24,000 nucleotides of DNA from Streptomyces phage phiCAM, in the sequence record NC_041856.1. The stretch is one strand, 5' to 3'. How positions within the stretch are numbered: position 1 is the stretch's first letter; the number at the start of each line of letters is the position of its first letter. The position numbers and the translations under genes were made by a program. Below the pieces are notes generated by a model that saw nothing but the letters and a program-made list of their open reading frames with translations, made no database searches and was not told the DNA's origin. Shown here piece by piece: positions 15,832 to 23,925 of the stretch.

Positions 15832-17002
15832 GCTCCTGAAGAAGCCTGTTGGTCCGAGCGTCCCTGCTCGGAAGACCAACCCCGAGAAGGACTTCACCCG
15901 GCAGGTGGAGATCAAGGGCGACGTCGCCGAGGTGATCGTGCGAGGCACGCCCGAGGAGGCTGACGAGAGCGCGGCTGCCGCCTACCTCCGCTCGAAGGGC
16001 GAGGACCCCGAGCTGTGGGTGGCGACCGGCTTCCGCTCGGGTGAGTGGACGATGGCCAACGGTGACACCGGGGTGAGCAACCGCTACACCTTCACTCGCC
16101 GAAGTTCAGGCTCTGAGCTGGACCGTCCCAACCTGGACGAGCTGCTTGCAGCCGTTGACAACTTCGGTCCGAGTGTGACAGTGTCGCAGACGGACGGGGA
16201 GCACACCTTCATCGTCGCCATCGGGGACATGCAGTTCGGCAAGATCGACGGCGATGGTGTGGAGGGCACGCTCCAGCGGACGATCGAGTGCCTGAACAAG
16301 GCGGCTGCCCTGCTGGAGCAGTACCGGCTGCGCTTCCCGATCGGCCACGTCCACATCGCCTGGCTCGGTGACCACATCGAGGGCTTCGTCTCTCAGGGTG
16401 GAGCCAACACCTGGCGCACGGTGCTCACGCTGAACGAGCAGATCCGCCTGACCCGGCGAGTGATGCTCCACGCGCTGCTCCTGTTCTCGCCGATGGTCGC
16501 TCGGCTCACGATGGCTGCCGTCCCTGGCAACCACGGTGAGGCTGTCCGGATCAACGGCAAGGGCGTGACGCGGTACGACGACAGCCACGACACCGAGTCC
16601 CTGATCGCCGTGAAGGACGCGGCTGACCTGAGCCCCGAGCGGTTCGGTCACGTCGAGTTCTTCGTGCCGGACACGGACGAGCTGAGCGTCGTGGTCGAGT
16701 GCAGCGGGACGGTCGTCGCCCACGTCCACGGTCACCAGTTCCGACCGGGCAAGCACTTCGACTACTGGAAGGGGCAGGCGTTCAACCGAGCGTCCGCCTT
16801 CCACCAGGCCGACCTCCTGCTGGCTGGCCACCTGCACCACGAACACGTCGACACCGATGGGTTCCGCACCTTCATCCAGCCCCCGGCGATGGAGAGCGAG
16901 AGCACCTGGTGGAGACACGCCAAGGGCACGACCGGTGCGCCTGGCCTCATCGTCGCCGTCACCAAGGACGGCAACACGAACCTGAAGGAGGTGGTCCGAT
17001 GA
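15815..17002 (+). CDS. Metallophosphoesterase (calcineurin-like, SbcD/Mre11-type superfamily)
   Basis: IVAIGDMQFGKIDGDGV, HIAWLGDHIEGF, LTMAAVPGNHGE, TVVAHVHGHQF, LLAGHLHHEHV: complete metallophosphoesterase motif set. Confidence 0.8.
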   Translation: MSLKDELLKKPVGPSVPARKTNPEKDFTRQVEIKGDVAEVIVRGTPEEADESAAAAYLRSKGEDPELWVATGFRSGEWTMANGDTGVSNRYTFTRRSSGSELDRPNLDELLAAVDNFGPSVTVSQTDGEHTFIVAIGDMQFGKIDGDGVEGTLQRTIECLNKAAALLEQYRLRFPIGHVHIAWLGDHIEGFVSQGGANTWRTVLTLNEQIRLTRRVMLHALLLFSPMVARLTMAAVPGNHGEAVRINGKGVTRYDDSHDTESLIAVKDAADLSPERFGHVEFFVPDTDELSVVVECSGTVVAHVHGHQFRPGKHFDYWKGQAFNRASAFHQADLLLAGHLHHEHVDTDGFRTFIQPPAMESESTWWRHAKGTTGAPGLIVAVTKDGNTNLKEVVR

Positions 17003-17352
17003 AGCTCATCGAGATCCAGCCGAGTGACAACGTCGAGCCGCCTGCGGCTGACTGGTCCTGGTACGAGCCGGACGGCGAGATCGACAAGGTGATCCAGCGG
17101 GCTGCCCGCCACATCGCCAACAAGTACGACGACACCCGGACGACGGAGTACGAGGACGCCTACCAGGACGGGCTGATCTTCGTGGCCACGCGGCGGAACC
17201 TGCGGGCTGCGTTCGGTGAGCCGGGCCTGCTGTACTCCCGCCTCGTCCAGGACCTGACCGACAAGAACAAGCAGACCGCGACGAAGCGGTCGCACTCGAA
17301 GATGACGAGCTACGAGGACAACCTCGCCAAGCTCGAAGGGCGGGGGGTCTGA
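16999..17352 (+). CDS. Sigma-factor region 2-like small protein (tentative)
   Basis: 117 aa ATG at 16999 overlapping upstream stop; VIQRAARHIANKYDDTRTTEYEDAYQDGLIFVATRRN weakly resembles sigma70 region 2. Confidence 0.4.
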   Translation: MKLIEIQPSDNVEPPAADWSWYEPDGEIDKVIQRAARHIANKYDDTRTTEYEDAYQDGLIFVATRRNLRAAFGEPGLLYSRLVQDLTDKNKQTATKRSHSKMTSYEDNLAKLEGRGV

Positions 17353-17748
17353 GTGGCAGGTGCGTACGACAGGGCGCTGGTGGAGCAGCTTCTGCCAGCC
17401 CACTTCGATCCGGCTGCGGCCTACGGAGTGAAGAACGAGACGGCACCCGACGCTGACATGCCGAAGGTGAAGGCCAACCCGAAGCACGCGAACACGCTGT
17501 ACGCCCACCTCGCTGACATGAACGCGGCCTGGAGGTGGGCGGTCGCGGGCGGACTGTCGTGGGAGGAGGCGCGAGCCACCCTCATGCGGTACGGCCTGGA
17601 CTGGACCTACGAGTTCATCGCGTTCGAGGAGCACTGCAACAAGAGCACGGCCCAGCGACGGTGTGAGCGGGCGGTCGGGAAGATCGCCGCCTACCTCAAC
17701 CAGGACCGGTACGTGGATGGCTACGACATCAAGGAGGAAGCAGCGTGA
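17353..17748 (+). CDS. Hypothetical protein
   Basis: 131 aa, GTG directly abutting upstream TGA. Confidence 0.6.
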   Translation: MAGAYDRALVEQLLPAHFDPAAAYGVKNETAPDADMPKVKANPKHANTLYAHLADMNAAWRWAVAGGLSWEEARATLMRYGLDWTYEFIAFEEHCNKSTAQRRCERAVGKIAAYLNQDRYVDGYDIKEEAA

Positions 17749-18176
17749 GCGAGACGACACCCGAGGCCCCCGTCGAGGAGCCCGTCACCCCTGAGCCCGA
17801 GGTTCCCGTGCATGAGCCCGTCGATCCCCCGGCTGGCATGAGCCCGGAGGCGATGGAGTTCTGGGACGACACGACCCTGACCTACTACGAGCGGAGCTCG
17901 GAGGGGCTGGTCTACTCCCGGCCCTACACCGAGAACGAGCTCGCCCGGTACGGCAAGGAGCGACAGCTCGACGCGCTGGGCATGGAGGCCAAGGCGGCGA
18001 TCGGCTACCTGGACGAGCGCATCGACCTGAGCCTGGCCTACCTGGCTCTGCCTTCGCCGTCGCCCGAGGAGACCGCAGCGCAGATCAAGGTGCTGTCCGA
18101 CCTGGCTGCGTACAACGCGGGCACCCTGAAGCGCATCCCGTTCGTGCTCGGCGACGTGGTCGGTCGACCGGTGTGA
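17745..18176 (+). CDS. Hypothetical protein with Pro/Glu-rich N-terminus
   Basis: 143 aa, GTGA overlap; EAPVEEPVTPEPEVPVHEPVDPP followed by a helical domain. Confidence 0.6.
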   Translation: MSETTPEAPVEEPVTPEPEVPVHEPVDPPAGMSPEAMEFWDDTTLTYYERSSEGLVYSRPYTENELARYGKERQLDALGMEAKAAIGYLDERIDLSLAYLALPSPSPEETAAQIKVLSDLAAYNAGTLKRIPFVLGDVVGRPV

Positions 18177-18250
18177 GTGTGTTACTGTGATCGTGCAAGT
18201 TGCGGCAGGCGGCAGTCCTTCGGGGCTGTCGCCTTGCGGCAGTGAGAGAG
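18177..18250 (+). promoter_or_regulatory. Structured leader C: GTGTGTTACTGTGA + UUCG hairpin + TTGCGGCAGTGAGAGAG
   Basis: Hairpin 18208-18233 GGCGGCAGTCC-TTCG-GGGCTGTCGCC (11 bp incl. G-U pairs); same tail as leader A. Confidence 0.65.
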
Positions 18251-18277
18251 ACATCTACTTCAAGGAGGACCCACTCA

Positions 18278-20341
18278 GTGAGCAACACCACCCCCTTCGG
18301 CCCGACCGGTCAGACCGTCTACGAGCGGACCTACTCGCGCACCAAGGCCAACGGCGAGAAGGAGACCTGGCCTGAGACCGTCGCCCGTGTGGTCGAGGGG
18401 AACCTCGCGCTGGTCCACGGTCCCCGCTCTGGCTGGGATGTGACAGTGTCGCAGGAGGCGGAGAAGCTGACCAGCTACATGGAGAGGTTCGCCATCCTCC
18501 CGGCTGGTCGCCACCTCTGGGCGTCCGGCGTGAAGGGTCGGCAGTACCTGTTCAACTGCCACGTCTCGGGCTGGGGCGAGACGCTGGCCAAGCACTTCGA
18601 GTTCACCTTCCTCCGCCTGATGGAGGGTGGTGGCGTGGGAGCGAACTACTCCTCCCGCTTCCTCCAGCCCTACGGTGCGCCGCGTCGTGAGCTGGACGTG
18701 CACATCGTGTGTGACCCCACCCACCCGGACTACAAGGACATGAAGGCGTCGGGCCTGCTGTCCTCCGAGTACGACTCGGACTGGGACGGGGCCTTCGAGG
18801 TCGAGGACTCCCGTGAGGGTTGGGCTGCTGCCCTGGTTGACCTGATCGACACCTTCATGACGGACGGCGAGGTCGCCCACCGGAACCGCGTCTACGACGT
18901 GAGCCGAGTGCGAGGCAAGGGTGCCCGACTGAAGACCTTCGGCGGTACGGCCTCGGGTCCGGCTCCGTTCGGTCGCATGATGCAGGAGATCGGCAAGGTC
19001 ATGTCGCACTCCGCGTCCGAGGTTGGCGAGTGGGCGGTCGAGCCGCACCTCACCCCGACCGAGGCGATGGAGATCGACCATGCCATCGCTGAGTGCGTGG
19101 TCTCGGGTGGCAACCGTCGCTCGGCCCGCATGGCGATCTGCCACTGGGACGACGAGTTCATCGGCGACTTCCTCGCCTCGAAGCACGACGGCTCGAAGCA
19201 CTGGACGACGAACATCTCGGTCGAGATTGACGACGAGTTCACGAAGCGCCTCGCGCTGGGTGAGCCGGTCGCGGTCGAGGTCCACCGTGCGGTGGTCGAG
19301 GGGATGCTCACGAACGGTGAGCCGGGCTACTGGAACAGCACCCTCTCCAACGAGGGCGAGGTCGGCGAGGTGATCGCGACCAACCCTTGCGGTGAGATCG
19401 CGCTCGAAGCCTGGGAGAACTGCAACCTCGGTCACGTCAACCTCGATGCGTTCGCTCCGTCCGTCAAGGGCGGGGAGTTCGATGAGGCTGGCATGAAGGA
19501 GGCGCACGCTCTCGTCACTCGGTTCCTGATCCGTGCCACCTACGGTGACGTGAACGACGCAGGGCAGGCGGCGAAGCTCGCGGCCAACCGGCGCATCGGT
19601 GTCGGGCACTTCGGTGTCCAGGGCTTCCTTGCGAAGTCCGGCATCCGCTACTCGGTCGCCCCGTTCTCGTTCATGCCGTCGCTCCTGGAGGAGCTGTACG
19701 ACGTGGTCCGCGAGACGGCCCGCGAGTACGCCTTCGAGCTGCGCATCCCGGAGCCGGTCAAGGTCTCGACGGTTGCGCCGACTGGCACGATCGCGAAGAT
19801 GCCGGGCGTGACGGAGGGCATCCACCCGATCTACGGGCGGACGTTCCTGCGCCGTGTCCGCTTCTCCCTGGCAGACGCCGACCAGGCTGCATCGGTCGAC
19901 CGCTTCTTCGCCCAGGGTTACGCCGTGGACACCTGCGTCTACGACCAGTCCGGCAACACCGTGGTGGTCACCTTCCCGACGAAGGACAAGCTGGTCGCCG
20001 AGGTCGAGGACATGGGCTACGACCCGGACCTGGTCGAGTCGGCGGACGAGCTCACGCTCGACCAGATGCTGTCCTTCCAGGCGATGTACCAGACCCACTA
20101 CGCGGACAACGCGGTGAGCTTCACGGCCAACGTGCCCGAGGGTCTGGACGTGGACGAGACGATGGCTGTCATCCAGTCCTGGCTCCCCCACCTGAAGGGG
20201 ACCACGATCATGGTTGACGGCACGCGAGAGCAGGCACCCTACGAGCGGATCTCGCTGGCCGAGTTCGAGCAGTACGAGCTGACCCGCATCGAGGACAGCG
20301 TCGATGAGGAGTGCAGTACGGGCGCTTGCCCGGTGCGGTAA
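18278..20341 (+). CDS. Ribonucleoside-triphosphate reductase, adenosylcobalamin-dependent (class II)
   Basis: 687 aa from GTG 18278 with AAGGAGG; [84 protein letters not shown]-terminal CSTGACPVR redox pair. Confidence 0.88.
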   Translation: MSNTTPFGPTGQTVYERTYSRTKANGEKETWPETVARVVEGNLALVHGPRSGWDVTVSQEAEKLTSYMERFAILPAGRHLWASGVKGRQYLFNCHVSGWGETLAKHFEFTFLRLMEGGGVGANYSSRFLQPYGAPRRELDVHIVCDPTHPDYKDMKASGLLSSEYDSDWDGAFEVEDSREGWAAALVDLIDTFMTDGEVAHRNRVYDVSRVRGKGARLKTFGGTASGPAPFGRMMQEIGKVMSHSASEVGEWAVEPHLTPTEAMEIDHAIAECVVSGGNRRSARMAICHWDDEFIGDFLASKHDGSKHWTTNISVEIDDEFTKRLALGEPVAVEVHRAVVEGMLTNGEPGYWNSTLSNEGEVGEVIATNPCGEIALEAWENCNLGHVNLDAFAPSVKGGEFDEAGMKEAHALVTRFLIRATYGDVNDAGQAAKLAANRRIGVGHFGVQGFLAKSGIRYSVAPFSFMPSLLEELYDVVRETAREYAFELRIPEPVKVSTVAPTGTIAKMPGVTEGIHPIYGRTFLRRVRFSLADADQAASVDRFFAQGYAVDTCVYDQSGNTVVVTFPTKDKLVAEVEDMGYDPDLVESADELTLDQMLSFQAMYQTHYADNAVSFTANVPEGLDVDETMAVIQSWLPHLKGTTIMVDGTREQAPYERISLAEFEQYELTRIEDSVDEECSTGACPVR

Positions 20342-20349
20342 CGATCATC

Positions 20350-20390
20350 ACAAGACCCCCCTGGAACTTCGGTTCTGGGGGGCTTCTTGT
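20350..20390 (+). terminator. Strong intrinsic terminator
   Basis: ACAAGA..CCCCCC-T-GGAAC-TTCG-GTTCT-GGGGGG..TCTTGT. Confidence 0.85.
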
Positions 20391-20405
20391 CGTACCCTCT
20401 GGGGC

Positions 20406-20720
20406 ATGAAGAACGAGCGAGTCGTGGTCGAACTGGTGGATGACATCGACGGTACGGGTAACGCCCGAACTGTGTCCTTCGCCGTCGATGGGACGGCCTA
20501 CGAGATCGAGCTGAATCGGAAGAACGAGGCGAAGTTGCTGAAGACGCTGGCCCCCTGGGTCAACGCCGCACGGAAGGTGCCGAAGACTCGGCGGCGAACG
20601 ACGAAGAAGGTAGACAACGCGGCGGTCCGTCGATGGGCTGGAGAGAACGGCGTCGAGGTCAGTGCGACCGGGCGCATCCCGCGTGCCGTCATCGAGCAGT
20701 ACGAGGCGGCGACTGGCTGA
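20406..20720 (+). CDS. lsr2: Lsr2-like nucleoid-associated / xenogeneic silencing protein
   Basis: RVVVELVDDIDGTGNARTVSFAVDGTAYEIELNRKNEAKLLKTLAPWVNAAR + AVRRWAGENGVEVSATGRIPRAVIEQYEAA: both Lsr2 domains. Confidence 0.9.
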   Translation: MKNERVVVELVDDIDGTGNARTVSFAVDGTAYEIELNRKNEAKLLKTLAPWVNAARKVPKTRRRTTKKVDNAAVRRWAGENGVEVSATGRIPRAVIEQYEAATG

Positions 20721-21217
20721 TGCACCTGCACCCCACTGCGCGCCTCTTGGCGAACATGTCGGAGCGGGGGACCTACTGGCCGGACGTCGAGTCCGACCTG
20801 ACGGAGCCGGAGACCGTGACGCCCGTACCTGGGTTCGAGTCCCGGCTTCGCCTGTGTGGTGAGAAGTGGCAGGGCTACGTCGAGCCTGGTCACAGCGAGG
20901 GGCACTACGTCCTGGTCGGGGTACGCCCCCGAGACCGGGCGGAGGAGGGCACAGGAACGCCTGTCGTGGGCGTCCCGGTGTCTCGGTCCATCCCTCGATC
21001 GAGCGGCGGCTCAGGGACGCGCTGGCCGTCCTCCTGGGGCGAGCTTCAGGGTCGGCTCATCGAGCTCGGCTACCGACTGGAGCAGGGCCGCACCCACGTC
21101 GGCGTCTACGAGGGGGATGCGAAGGTCTCGACTCTGCCGGTCTCGGCATCGGATCATCGGGCACTACTCAACGCCTGCACCCAGTTGCGTCGAGAGGGCA
21201 TCGACGTCCGGCGTTGA
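20720..21217 (+). CDS. Hypothetical protein
   Basis: 165 aa, ATG overlapping Lsr2 stop (TGATG). Confidence 0.5.
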   Translation: MHLHPTARLLANMSERGTYWPDVESDLTEPETVTPVPGFESRLRLCGEKWQGYVEPGHSEGHYVLVGVRPRDRAEEGTGTPVVGVPVSRSIPRSSGGSGTRWPSSWGELQGRLIELGYRLEQGRTHVGVYEGDAKVSTLPVSASDHRALLNACTQLRREGIDVRR

Positions 21218-21334
21218 CGGGCGTAGGTTCGAGGTGGCGGCGGCTCGTCCGAAGCGCCAATCCAGGTGCGTGGGAGCTGGCTCCGTGGCACCGGAGAGCC
21301 CACTGGGTGGGCCGTCGTCCCCTACGCTTGGGGC

Positions 21335-21490
21335 ATGGCGATGACCGGCGAGGAGTTGAAGGCGCACTACCTGTCCGAGGCGCGGAAGGTCGTAGCGACC
21401 TGGCCCCCCATGACCGACGAGCAGAAGCGCGAGCTGACGCTCGGTGCCCTGCGCCACGCGCGGCGGAAGCGGCGAGAGCAGTCCACGTAG
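21335..21490 (+). CDS. Small hypothetical protein (51 aa)
   Basis: MAMTGEELKAHYLSEARKVVATWPPMTDEQKRELTLGALRHARRKRREQST; followed by a terminator and preceded by TACGCT. Confidence 0.5.
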   Translation: MAMTGEELKAHYLSEARKVVATWPPMTDEQKRELTLGALRHARRKRREQST

Positions 21491-21495
21491 GTACG

Positions 21496-21534
21496 ACAGA
21501 GCCCCCTGCTCCTGACCTGGAGAGGGGGCTCTGT
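21496..21534 (+). terminator. Intrinsic terminator
   Basis: ACAGAGCCCCCT / AGGGGGCTCTGT followed by TGCG. Confidence 0.8.
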
Positions 21535-21572
21535 TGCGCTCTGACCTGCGGGTTCGTGCTCAGGAGTTGCCT

Positions 21573-21610
21573 GCTGGGCCATTCAGTACGGACCTACTGA
21601 TTGGTGTAGC
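21573..21610. other. Candidate attP core (interrupted palindrome upstream of serine integrase)
   Basis: GCTgggCCATTCAGTAcggaccTACTGATTGGtgtAGC: 10 bp arms with one mismatch plus outer GCT/AGC. Confidence 0.4.
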
Positions 21611-21618
21611 ATGCACCC

Positions 21619-23031
21619 ATGACGATCAGTGGAGGGACCGACGAGGCCCTGTTCTACTTCCGCATCTCGCTCGATGCGACCGGCGAACGGCTCGGGGTGG
21701 AGCGGCAGGAGCCGCCGTGCCTGGAGCTGTGCCGAAGCAAGGGCTTCACGCCCGGCAAGGCGTACATCGACAACGACCTGAGCGCCACCAAGGAAGGTGT
21801 CGTTCGCCCGGAGTTCGAGGCCCTGCTGCGAGACCTGAAGCTCCGACCTCGCCCGGTCATTGTGTGGCACACCGACCGCCTGGTCCGTGTAACCAAGGAT
21901 CTTGAGCGTGTCATCTCGACGGGCGTCAACGTCTACGCCGTGCACGCCGGGCACTTCGACCTGTCCACCCCGGCTGGTCGAGCGGTCGCTCGAACCCTGA
22001 CCGCATGGGCGCAGTACGAGGGGGAGCAGAAGGCACTCCGACAGAAGGAGGCCAACCTCCAGCGGGCACAGATGGGCAAGCCCTGGTGGCCCCGTCGACC
22101 CTTCGGGCTGGAGAAGGATGGCGAGCTGAACGAGCCCGAGGCGCTGTCTCTCCGCAAGGCGTACGCCGACCTCCTGTCGGGAGCCTCGCTCACCGACCTG
22201 GCTGCCGACCTGAACGCAGCCGGGCACACGACCAACAAGGGTGGCGCATGGACCTCCACCTCGCTGCGCCCCGTCCTGATGAACGCGCGCAATGCTGCCA
22301 TCCGGACCTACGACGGCGAGGAGATCGGGCCTGCCAACTGGAAGGCGATCGTGCCCGAGGAGACGTGGCGCGCTGCGGTCCGACTGCTATCCTCGCCGAG
22401 CCGGAAGACGGGCGGCGGAGGCAAGCGGCTGCACCTCATGACGGGCGTTGCGAAGTGCTCCGTCTGCGACTCGGACGTGAAGGTCGAGTGGCGTGGCAAG
22501 AAGGGTGAGCCGACCGCGTACACCGTCTACGCCTGCCGTGGGAAGCACTGCCTCTCGCACCGGCAGAAGTGGGTGGACGACCGGGTCGAGACCCTGGTCC
22601 TGGAGCGCCTGAGCCAGGAGGATGCGGCTGCCGTCTGGGCCGTCGACAACGACACCGAGCTGGCCGACGTGCGCGAGGAGGTGGTCACCATGCGGGAGCG
22701 ACTGGAAGCCTTCGCCGAGGACTACGCGGACGGCGCGATCAGCCGGGCGCAGATGCAGGCCGGGTCGGCAAGGGTTCGGGAGAAGCTGGAGGCAGCCGAG
22801 GCGCAGATGGCGTACCTCGCGGCAGGCTCCCCGCTCGGCGAACTGATCGCCTCGAACGACGTCGAGAAGACGTGGGAGTCCCTGACTCTGGACCGCAAGC
22901 GGGCAGTCATCGAAGCCATGACCCGGAAGGTCACGCTGTATCCGCGCGGTCGAGGCATCCGGTCACACCGACCCGAGGACTGCCAGGTCGAGTGGGTGGA
23001 CGAGCGTCCGCGCCTGTCGGCTGTGTCCTGA
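21619..23031 (+). CDS. int: Large serine integrase (site-specific recombinase)
   Basis: 470 aa: FYFRISLDATGERLGVERQ, Recombinase domain ARTLTAWAQYEGEQKALRQKEANLQRAQMGKPWWPRRPFGL, zinc ribbon CSVCDSD...YACRGKHC, coiled coil. Confidence 0.92.
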   Translation: MTISGGTDEALFYFRISLDATGERLGVERQEPPCLELCRSKGFTPGKAYIDNDLSATKEGVVRPEFEALLRDLKLRPRPVIVWHTDRLVRVTKDLERVISTGVNVYAVHAGHFDLSTPAGRAVARTLTAWAQYEGEQKALRQKEANLQRAQMGKPWWPRRPFGLEKDGELNEPEALSLRKAYADLLSGASLTDLAADLNAAGHTTNKGGAWTSTSLRPVLMNARNAAIRTYDGEEIGPANWKAIVPEETWRAAVRLLSSPSRKTGGGGKRLHLMTGVAKCSVCDSDVKVEWRGKKGEPTAYTVYACRGKHCLSHRQKWVDDRVETLVLERLSQEDAAAVWAVDNDTELADVREEVVTMRERLEAFAEDYADGAISRAQMQAGSARVREKLEAAEAQMAYLAAGSPLGELIASNDVEKTWESLTLDRKRAVIEAMTRKVTLYPRGRGIRSHRPEDCQVEWVDERPRLSAVS

Positions 23032-23040
23032 ACGCAGAGA

Positions 23041-23069
23041 AGCCCCCTACCTGCGAGAGGTAGGGGGCT
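23041..23069. terminator. Terminator between convergent int and minus-strand genes
   Basis: Perfect 12 bp stem AGCCCCCTACCT-gcgag-AGGTAGGGGGCT. Confidence 0.8.
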
Positions 23070-23072
23070 GTC

Positions 23073-23213
23073 TCATGCCGCGCGTCGGGAGGGGGCTGCC
23101 TCGGCGATGCCGAGGAGCTGTCGGAGGTGGACGACCTGCTCGTCCGAGAGTGGGGGCGGAGGGTTCTGGCGTAGCTCCTCGCGGGCTACCTGCCGAAGCT
23201 CCTCTCGGGTCAC
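23073..23213 (-). CDS. Small hypothetical protein coupled to thyX
   Basis: 46 aa VTREELRQVAREELRQNPPPPLSDEQVVHLRQLLGIAEAAPSRRAA; GTGA overlap with thyX stop. Confidence 0.5.
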   Translation of the reverse strand: MTREELRQVAREELRQNPPPPLSDEQVVHLRQLLGIAEAAPSRRAA

Positions 23214-23890
23214 GGCGCTACCCGCCCGGCCATCTCGAACGCTCGCCAGGTGTGGGGCATGGTGTCCATGAAGATGTCCTCCATCCCTTCGGCCACCAGC
23301 TCGATCTCGCGGAGCGGGAAGCTCGGGACCTTGGCGTTCTCGCGCTTGGTCCGGAGGGAGAGGAAGTGCATGAGGCTGCGTGCGTTGCACGTCGCCCAGA
23401 AGGACGTGTAGATGCCGACCGGCAGGACGTTGCGCGCTACCTCGCGGGCCACGCCCGCACCGAGCTGTTCCCGGTAGGCGTTGAAGGCTGCGGCGTAGGC
23501 GTCGCGGTGGTTGTGCACGGCGGACAGGGACTGGAGGAAGGTGCCGGGCTGGAACTCGTAGGCACCGGGCTTGCCGACCTGCGTGAGGTTGCGGTCACCG
23601 GCTGGCACGTAGAAGACGGGCTCCAGCTCCTTGTAGCGGGCGCTCTCCTCGTTGTAGCTCCAGCCAGCGCGATGGCGGAAGAACTCTCGGGCCACGAAGA
23701 TCGGGGCCTCGATGTAGAAGGTGAAGTTGTTGTGCTCGAACGGGCTGCCATGCCTGTCCCGCATGAGGAACTTGATCAGACCCTCGATCGGCTTGCCGGT
23801 GTCGAGTGAGGCGGCACCCGCAGTGGAGACGCGCGCCGCACGGGCCACGTCCTCGTCGGAGGCGTCGGTCTTGATGAGCTGGACGGTCAT
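23210..23890 (-). CDS. thyX: Flavin-dependent thymidylate synthase
   Basis: FRHRAGWSYNEESARY (ThyX RHRxxS motif), SPFEHNNFTFYIEAPIFVAREFFRHR, WATCNARSLMHFLSLR. Confidence 0.93.
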   Translation of the reverse strand: MTVQLIKTDASDEDVARAARVSTAGAASLDTGKPIEGLIKFLMRDRHGSPFEHNNFTFYIEAPIFVAREFFRHRAGWSYNEESARYKELEPVFYVPAGDRNLTQVGKPGAYEFQPGTFLQSLSAVHNHRDAYAAAFNAYREQLGAGVAREVARNVLPVGIYTSFWATCNARSLMHFLSLRTKRENAKVPSFPLREIELVAEGMEDIFMDTMPHTWRAFEMAGRVAP

Positions 23891-23925
23891 GTCTGACCTG
23901 GTGGTGATGATGATGGGGGTTCCTC

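Noticed and set aside
18275-20191. 638-aa minus-strand ORF opposite the RNR gene
   Set aside because: Mirror ORF typical of high-GC DNA; the plus strand encodes clear class II RNR motifs and the antisense translation has no recognisable domain.
20720-21217. Possible second overlapping gene in the 20856-21600 frames
   Set aside because: Extra frames are Arg/Ser/Ala-rich and pass through the 51-aa ORF and terminator; only the 20720 frame is coupled to Lsr2.
22569-23063. Alternative-frame ORF over the 3' half of the integrase
   Set aside because: Gly/Arg-rich shifted-frame artefact; the integrase frame is intact with zinc ribbon and coiled coil.
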